Below, piece after piece: positions 60,280-64,000 of a stretch of 64,000 nt of DNA (positions are counted from its first letter, which is position 1; every line of letters begins with the position of its first letter). This DNA is from Gemmatimonadota bacterium (GTDB taxonomy: Bacteria > Gemmatimonadota > Gemmatimonadetes > Palauibacterales > Palauibacteraceae). Both the position numbers and the translations under genes were made by a program. The stretch covers positions 2,464,001 to 2,528,000 of the forward strand of contig OY762926.1 in the NCBI GenBank assembly GCA_963666735.1. Direction: 5' to 3'. Below the pieces are notes generated by a model. The model had not been told where the DNA came from and searched no databases. It saw nothing but the letters and a program-made list of their open reading frames with translations.

Positions 60280-61512
60280 GTGAACGACCGCGAAGAAGGT
60301 TCGGGACTCACGCGGCGAGCCCTGATCGCTGGAGCCGCCGCGGCGGCCGGGGGCGCAATCACGGCCGGCGCAACGCGCGGACTGGTGCAGGATGCGGCGG
60401 ACCCGACGAAGGTTCCGGGCGCTCGACCCGTCGTGGTCGGATCCCGCTCTCCTCACGAGACGCCTGAGAAGCTCCTGTCCGGTTCCATGGGCGGTTCCTC
60501 GCGCACGCCACTCCAGGACCTGCACGGGATCATGACGCCGGCGGACCTCCACTTCGAGCGGCATCATCACGGGATTCCCGAGATCGACCCAGCTCGTTAT
60601 CGGCTGCTGATCCACGGGATGGTGGACCGGCCCACGCTGTTCACGCTCGACGACCTGAAGCGGTTCCCGCAGGTCTCGAAGCTGCTCTTCATCGAGTGCT
60701 CGGGGAACGGCGGGGGCGCCTACTCCCCGGCGCCCAGCCCGGAGCACACGCCGCAGTCGGTCGACGGACTTCTGAGCACGAGCGAGTGGTCCGGGGTCGC
60801 GCTTTCCACCCTGTTCGAGGAGGTGGGGGCGCACGCGGACGCGACCTGGTTCCTGGCCGAGGGCTCCGACGCGGCGGTCATGGGCCGCAGCATCCCGATG
60901 GAGAAGGCGTGGGACGACGCGATGATCGCCTACGCCCAGAACGGCGAGGCGATACGGCCCGAGCAGGGCTACCCCGCGCGGGTGTTCCTGCCCGGGTGGG
61001 AGGGCAACGCGAGCGTGAAATGGGTCCGGCGGATCGAGCTCTCCGACCGCCCTTCCATGTTCCGGGACGAGACCTCCAAGTACACCGATCCGCTGCCGGA
61101 CGGGACGGCGCGGCAGTTCTCGTTCGTGATGGACGCGAAGTCGATCATCACCTACCCGACCTACCCGCAGCGGCTGTCGGAACCCGGGTTCGTGGAGATC
61201 TCCGGTTACGCCTGGACCGGCCGCGGCCTCATCGAGCGCGTCGAGGTAAGCACGGACGGCGGCGGCTCGTGGCACGACGCGGCGCTCCAGGAACCCGTGC
61301 TGCCCAAGTGTACGACGCGGTTCCGCCACGGCTGGGAGTGGGACGGCGGCCCGGCGCACCTGCTGAGCCGCGCAACCGACGAGACGGGCTACACGCAACC
61401 GGTCCGGCAGCAGGTCCTCGACGCGCGCGGGCCCGGCACGCGGTATCACTCCAACGCGATCCGCGGGTGGCGCGTGGCGAGCGACGGCTCCATCACCTTC
61501 GCGCCGGTATGA
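60280..61512 (+). CDS. soxC: SoxC sulfite/sulfane dehydrogenase molybdoprotein
   Basis: TRRAL Tat signal, TPLQDLHG, HFERHH, IECSGN, GYPAR..PGWEG..VKW. Confidence 0.9.
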   Translation: MNDREEGSGLTRRALIAGAAAAAGGAITAGATRGLVQDAADPTKVPGARPVVVGSRSPHETPEKLLSGSMGGSSRTPLQDLHGIMTPADLHFERHHHGIPEIDPARYRLLIHGMVDRPTLFTLDDLKRFPQVSKLLFIECSGNGGGAYSPAPSPEHTPQSVDGLLSTSEWSGVALSTLFEEVGAHADATWFLAEGSDAAVMGRSIPMEKAWDDAMIAYAQNGEAIRPEQGYPARVFLPGWEGNASVKWVRRIELSDRPSMFRDETSKYTDPLPDGTARQFSFVMDAKSIITYPTYPQRLSEPGFVEISGYAWTGRGLIERVEVSTDGGGSWHDAALQEPVLPKCTTRFRHGWEWDGGPAHLLSRATDETGYTQPVRQQVLDARGPGTRYHSNAIRGWRVASDGSITFAPV

Positions 61513-62186
61513 GCCGCGCCAGGGTGGTCTCGCGGCTGCTGGCGCTGGCGGCCCTTATGCCCGTGCTGGCGGCCTGCGGCTCGGATGAGGGCAGTCGGAC
61601 GACCGAGTCCGGCGCCAGCGCCATGGCCGTAACCATCGCCTCCGGCGACGATCCGCAGGCCTCGCAGGCTTCGGGACGGGCCGGCGCGGCCCAGCCCGTG
61701 TACGGCTTCGGGACTCCCGCGACGGAATCGCAGATCGCGGCGTGGGACATCGACATCGGTCCCGACGGCGCGGGTCTGCCGCCCGGACGGGGCACGGTCG
61801 CGGAGGGCCTCGAAGTCTGGGAGCGGCACCGCTGCGTTCTCTGCCACGGACCCAGCGGGCGCGAAGGGCCGAACGACATCATCGCGGGCCGCATCCCGGG
61901 CGACGAGTTCCCGTTCGCGAACGACCGCACGCTGCGCTCGACGGTCGGCAACTACTGGCCCTACGCGACGACGCTGTTCGACTACACGCGCCGCGCCATG
62001 CCCTTCGACCTGCCGGGAACGATGACGGACGAAGAGGTCTACGCGGTGGTCGGGGCCATGCTCTACTTCAACGACCTGCTGCCGGCGGATGCCGTCGTAG
62101 ATTCGGCCACCGTCGTCGACACCCACATGCCGGCCCGCAACCGCTTCGTCCCCGACAACCGAACCGGCGGCCCCGAGGTCCGCTGA
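61509..62186 (+). CDS. SoxD-like monoheme cytochrome c
   Basis: WDIDI.PDG.GLPPG.G, CVLCH, GNYWPYATTLFDY.RRAMP; ATGA overlap with soxC. Confidence 0.88.
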   Translation: MSRARVVSRLLALAALMPVLAACGSDEGSRTTESGASAMAVTIASGDDPQASQASGRAGAAQPVYGFGTPATESQIAAWDIDIGPDGAGLPPGRGTVAEGLEVWERHRCVLCHGPSGREGPNDIIAGRIPGDEFPFANDRTLRSTVGNYWPYATTLFDYTRRAMPFDLPGTMTDEEVYAVVGAMLYFNDLLPADAVVDSATVVDTHMPARNRFVPDNRTGGPEVR

Positions 62187-62195
62187 GAAGCGCGG

Positions 62196-62483
62196 CTACA
62201 CGAGCTCGATTCTGAGCCGTCGGCCGAGCGCTTCGGCGGCCCCTATCAGCGTGGCGAGTTGTATCCGATCGTTGCCCGGATCCAGGATCCGGTCCAGCTG
62301 GCTGCGGCTCGTGTTCATCTTCCTCGCCATCGCGTTTTTGCTCAAACGTTCCGTAGCCATGGCTTCCTTCAATTGCCACGCGATGACGCGCTTGACGGCC
62401 GCGGCCGTCGTCTCCTCCAGCGTTCCGTGTTCCCGGAGATAGTCCTCGAACGACGAACCGACGCGTCCTCTTTCTTCAACCAT
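62196..62483 (-). CDS. XRE-type antitoxin
   Basis: GSSFEDYL..AVKRVIAWQL..MA.KM.TSRSQLDR.LDP. Confidence 0.85.
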   Translation of the reverse strand: MVEERGRVGSSFEDYLREHGTLEETTAAAVKRVIAWQLKEAMATERLSKNAMARKMNTSRSQLDRILDPGNDRIQLATLIGAAEALGRRLRIELV

Positions 62484-62826
62484 GAGCGATCCCCCTTGCC
62501 CGCTTTCGTGCGATGTCCATATCGGACTTCGGCGTCTCCTTTGTCTTCTTCACGAATCCGTGCAGCAACACCAACCGATTGTCGTGGATCAGGAAGATCA
62601 CGCGAGCGATCCGCCCGCCGCTGATCCGCGATCGAATCTCATGGAGACCCCGGCCAAGTGATCGGGTGAGCGGCATGCCAACCGGCCATCCGAATTCGAC
62701 CGTGGCGATGTCAGTTCCGATGGTACGGCGGCTCTCGCTGTCGAGATCCAGAAGCCACTCCCGCACGGGTTCGTTGCCGCCAGCGGTGGCATAGAACGCG
62801 GCGGGGAGTCGCTTAGGCGCCGGCAT
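62476..62826 (-). CDS. RelE/ParE (Gp49-like) toxin
   Basis: FY.T..GNEPVREWL..GWPVGMP..GL.EIR..LLHGFVKKT. Confidence 0.88.
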   Translation of the reverse strand: MPAPKRLPAAFYATAGGNEPVREWLLDLDSESRRTIGTDIATVEFGWPVGMPLTRSLGRGLHEIRSRISGGRIARVIFLIHDNRLVLLHGFVKKTKETPKSDMDIARKRARGIAHG

Positions 62827-62844
62827 GGTATCTTGCGGGATGCA

Positions 62845-62862
62845 TGTACCTTATGTGGTACA
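62845..62862. promoter_or_regulatory. Palindromic TA operator
   Basis: TGTACC-N6-GGTACA between a minus-strand TTGACG (62866-62871) and the toxin ATG. Confidence 0.6.
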
Positions 62863-62882
62863 GCGCGTCAAGTGGGTCTCAA

Positions 62883-63779
62883 CTACAGTTCTGTGGTGAG
62901 GTGGGCGCGGTATTCCTGGAGTTCCGCCTGTTCGTGGTCGGGCAGCGTGGGGTGCGTGAGATCGAGCGTGGCGAGTTGATCGCGCACCAGCTGGGCGACG
63001 AGTAGCCGCATCCAGGGCTTCGAGTCGGCGGGGATCGCGTACCACGGCGCCCACGGGCGGGCGGTCGCGTTGATCGCGTCCTCGTAGGCGGCCATGTACT
63101 CGTCCCAATGCCGCCGCTCCTCGATGTCCGCGCGGCTGAACTTCCAGTTCTTGTCGGGGCGATCGATGCGGCGCAGGAAGCGGCGCGCCTGCTCCTCCCT
63201 CGAGATGTTGAGCCAGAACTTCAGGATCACGGTCCCGTTGCGGGCCAGGTGCGCCTCGTGATCCCGGATCGACTGGTAGCGCTCCTCGCAGCGTTCCATG
63301 ATCGGGAGCCGGCGCGGCAGCTTCTGCCGCTCCAGGTAATCGGGGTGGACCCGCACGATGAGCACTTCCTCGTAGTAGCTGCGGTTGAAGATCCCGATCC
63401 GGCCCTTCTCCGGGAGCCGGCGCGTCGTGCGCCACAGGAAGTCGTGCCTCGCCTCTTCGTTGGACGGCGCCTCGAAGGCGTTGATCCGGAATCCCGCCGG
63501 GTTCACGCCCGTCATGACCGCCCGCAGCGTCGAGTCCTTGCCGGCCGCGTCCATCGCCTGGAAGACGAGCAGCACCGCGTAGTGCCGGTGCGCGTGGAGA
63601 CGCCGCTGGAGCCGCGAGATCTCGCGGACCGTGCGTTTCAGTTCCTTCTTGATCGCGGCGTCGGACGGCGCGTCGGGCGGCGGCGCGGCAATCGCCCGGG
63701 CGATTTCGAAGTCGCCGTCGTAGCTGATCCGGAACGGACTCTCGGGCGGCGAGAAGTCGATCATGAGAGGTGCCTCCAC
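62883..63779 (-). CDS. ppk2: Polyphosphate kinase 2 family
   Basis: QAMDAAGKD, FNRSYYEEVL, KNWKF. Confidence 0.92.
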   Translation of the reverse strand: MEAPLMIDFSPPESPFRISYDGDFEIARAIAAPPPDAPSDAAIKKELKRTVREISRLQRRLHAHRHYAVLLVFQAMDAAGKDSTLRAVMTGVNPAGFRINAFEAPSNEEARHDFLWRTTRRLPEKGRIGIFNRSYYEEVLIVRVHPDYLERQKLPRRLPIMERCEERYQSIRDHEAHLARNGTVILKFWLNISREEQARRFLRRIDRPDKNWKFSRADIEERRHWDEYMAAYEDAINATARPWAPWYAIPADSKPWMRLLVAQLVRDQLATLDLTHPTLPDHEQAELQEYRAHLTTEL

Positions 63780-63789
63780 CCGGCGGGGC

Positions 63790-63999
63790 TCAGAATCTGG
63801 AGCTGCGCAGCCAGGTGTCGGCGCGGACCCAGTAGCGATCGAATTCCCGGCGCGCCTCCTGCGCCTGGGCCGGCTTCTCCTGCGCCTCGAGCGCCCGCAT
63901 GAGGCCGAACCAGGCCCAGCCCTGATTGGGCAGATCTTCGAGCGCGTCGCGGTACACCCGCTCCGCCTCCGCTGGCCGGTCGTTTTCGAGCAGGATGGC
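63790..63999 (-). CDS. C-terminus of a TPR-containing protein (5' end outside window)
   Basis: AILLE..RPAEAERVYRDAL...PNQGWAWFGL..AL...WVRAD...SSRF*. Confidence 0.65.
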   Translation of the reverse strand, partial: AILLENDRPAEAERVYRDALEDLPNQGWAWFGLMRALEAQEKPAQAQEARREFDRYWVRADTWLRSSRF

Positions 64000-64000
64000 G

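Noticed and set aside
230..63902. Many long antisense or alternate-frame ORFs (e.g. 1740-3563, 21061-22911, 23458-25410, 31338-34136)
   Set aside because: Arg/Pro/Gly-rich shadows of real genes, expected in high-GC DNA; no motifs.
1..64000. CRISPR array, rRNA, tRNA, integron attC sites
   Set aside because: No repeat-spacer periodicity, cloverleaf/TPsiC signature, rRNA motif or recurring attC-like site was recognised by eye; a tool scan could still find weak cases.

Overview
High-GC bacterial chromosomal window. The gene content (many secreted hydrolases and beta-propellers, numerous TA modules) resembles Gemmatimonadota, but that assignment is inference only. The backbone is metabolic: PiT, DsbD, GGT, amidase, M19/M20 peptidases, CocE hydrolases, a sarcosine-oxidase-like operon with an alpha-gamma fusion, Met genes under two back-to-back SAM-I riboswitches, SSS transporters, SoxCD and PPK2. 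The best candidate for an undescribed system is a lower-GC, translationally coupled minus-strand operon at 10376-19227: ParB/Srx-like protein, SNF2 helicase, DUF3883-type nuclease and DUF1156-like Zn-ribbon DNA methyltransferase, ending on a frameshifted higA. It is hidden in the ORF track because two different IS3-family elements split the ParB-like and nuclease genes. Removing each IS plus one copy of its 3-bp target duplication restores both genes exactly in frame. Other notable items are a UGA-recoded peroxiredoxin-like selenoprotein with a SECIS hairpin, a type II RM system with controller and tandem operator, a class A beta-lactamase fusion lacking the Glu166 equivalent, and five TA loci, several of them decayed or rearranged. 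No rRNA, tRNA or CRISPR array was seen.
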